Positions 23,824-24,000 of a stretch of 24,000 nucleotides of DNA are shown here, piece by piece. Origin of the DNA: an uncultured Puniceicoccaceae bacterium. GTDB lineage: Bacteria; Verrucomicrobiota; Verrucomicrobiia; Opitutales; Oceanipulchritudinaceae. The translations under genes and the position numbers were made by a program. A model generated the notes under the pieces. That model worked only from the letters and a program-made list of their open reading frames with translations. It searched no databases and was not told where the DNA came from. The stretch is from the NCBI GenBank assembly GCA_963933835.1, contig CAWVVV010000002.1, forward strand, positions 291,219 through 315,218, written 5' to 3'. Positions within the stretch are counted from its first letter, which is position 1. Every line of letters starts with the position of its first letter.

Positions 23824-24000
23824 GATGGGTACGGTCTATGGACCGGTTTTGGTAGCGGTAGCTCTCCATCTTCTTAGTTGTAAGCGTCTTTTCATAAGGG
23901 GACACGTCGTCTTGTTTGGCATTTACCAGCGTTCTCGGCGATGCCGGTGGACGCTTTGGATAATGCCTTGGAGAAAACAACAACTGAGAATAAAAGAGCC

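Noticed and set aside
23768-23983. 71-aa minus-strand ORF upstream of and overlapping the rng start
   Set aside because: It is a basic, low-complexity translation that overlaps the rng start codon region out of frame, and it has no ribosome-binding site.
1-24000. Search for CRISPR arrays, IS elements, integrases, phage genes, toxin-antitoxin pairs or known defence systems
   Set aside because: I found no regularly spaced direct repeats. No ORF has transposase, integrase, nuclease-helicase or other defence-type motifs that I could recognise. The tRNA is not followed by an integrase or by a direct repeat of its 3' end.

Overview
This 24 kb window of moderately high-GC bacterial chromosome is mostly housekeeping genes. 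All family calls rest on motif recognition by eye, because no database search was possible. A PVC/Verrucomicrobiota origin is an inference from the protein sequences (L34, YidC, a 52-aa small basic protein). Left to right: the 3' end of a FabB-like ketoacyl-ACP synthase with a coupled small ORF; tRNA-Gln(UUG); the rpmH-rnpA-yidD-yidC cluster; yebC; two small hypothetical genes. Next comes a ZnuABC-type zinc ABC operon in which the binding-protein and permease genes each carry a single-base frameshift while the ATPase is intact. It is followed by a small basic protein gene missing from the ORF track, a DUF420 membrane protein paired with a tandem-domain HxHP exported protein, an HI0933-like flavoprotein, and a probably frameshifted signal-anchored cupin. 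Then come divergent SpoU/TrmH and RlmD/TrmA-type RNA methyltransferases and a tight three-gene operon: a DinB-like protein, an NRDE/TANGO2-family protein, and an 864-aa alpha/beta-hydrolase + DedA/VTT membrane domain + ATP-grasp fusion. The window ends with a 5'-truncated glutamate dehydrogenase abutting head-to-head a 5'-truncated double pseudo-receiver gene that also has an in-frame TAG, then RNase Y and an RNase E/G homologue in tandem. I saw no transposase, integrase, phage, CRISPR, toxin-antitoxin or recognisable defence genes. Two things deserve a second look. The first is the DinB/NRDE/tri-domain-fusion operon, a candidate uncharacterised membrane-linked ligase-hydrolase system. The second is the density of gene lesions: three frameshifts in short G/C runs, one nonsense codon and one double truncation, all in accessory genes while essential genes stay intact.
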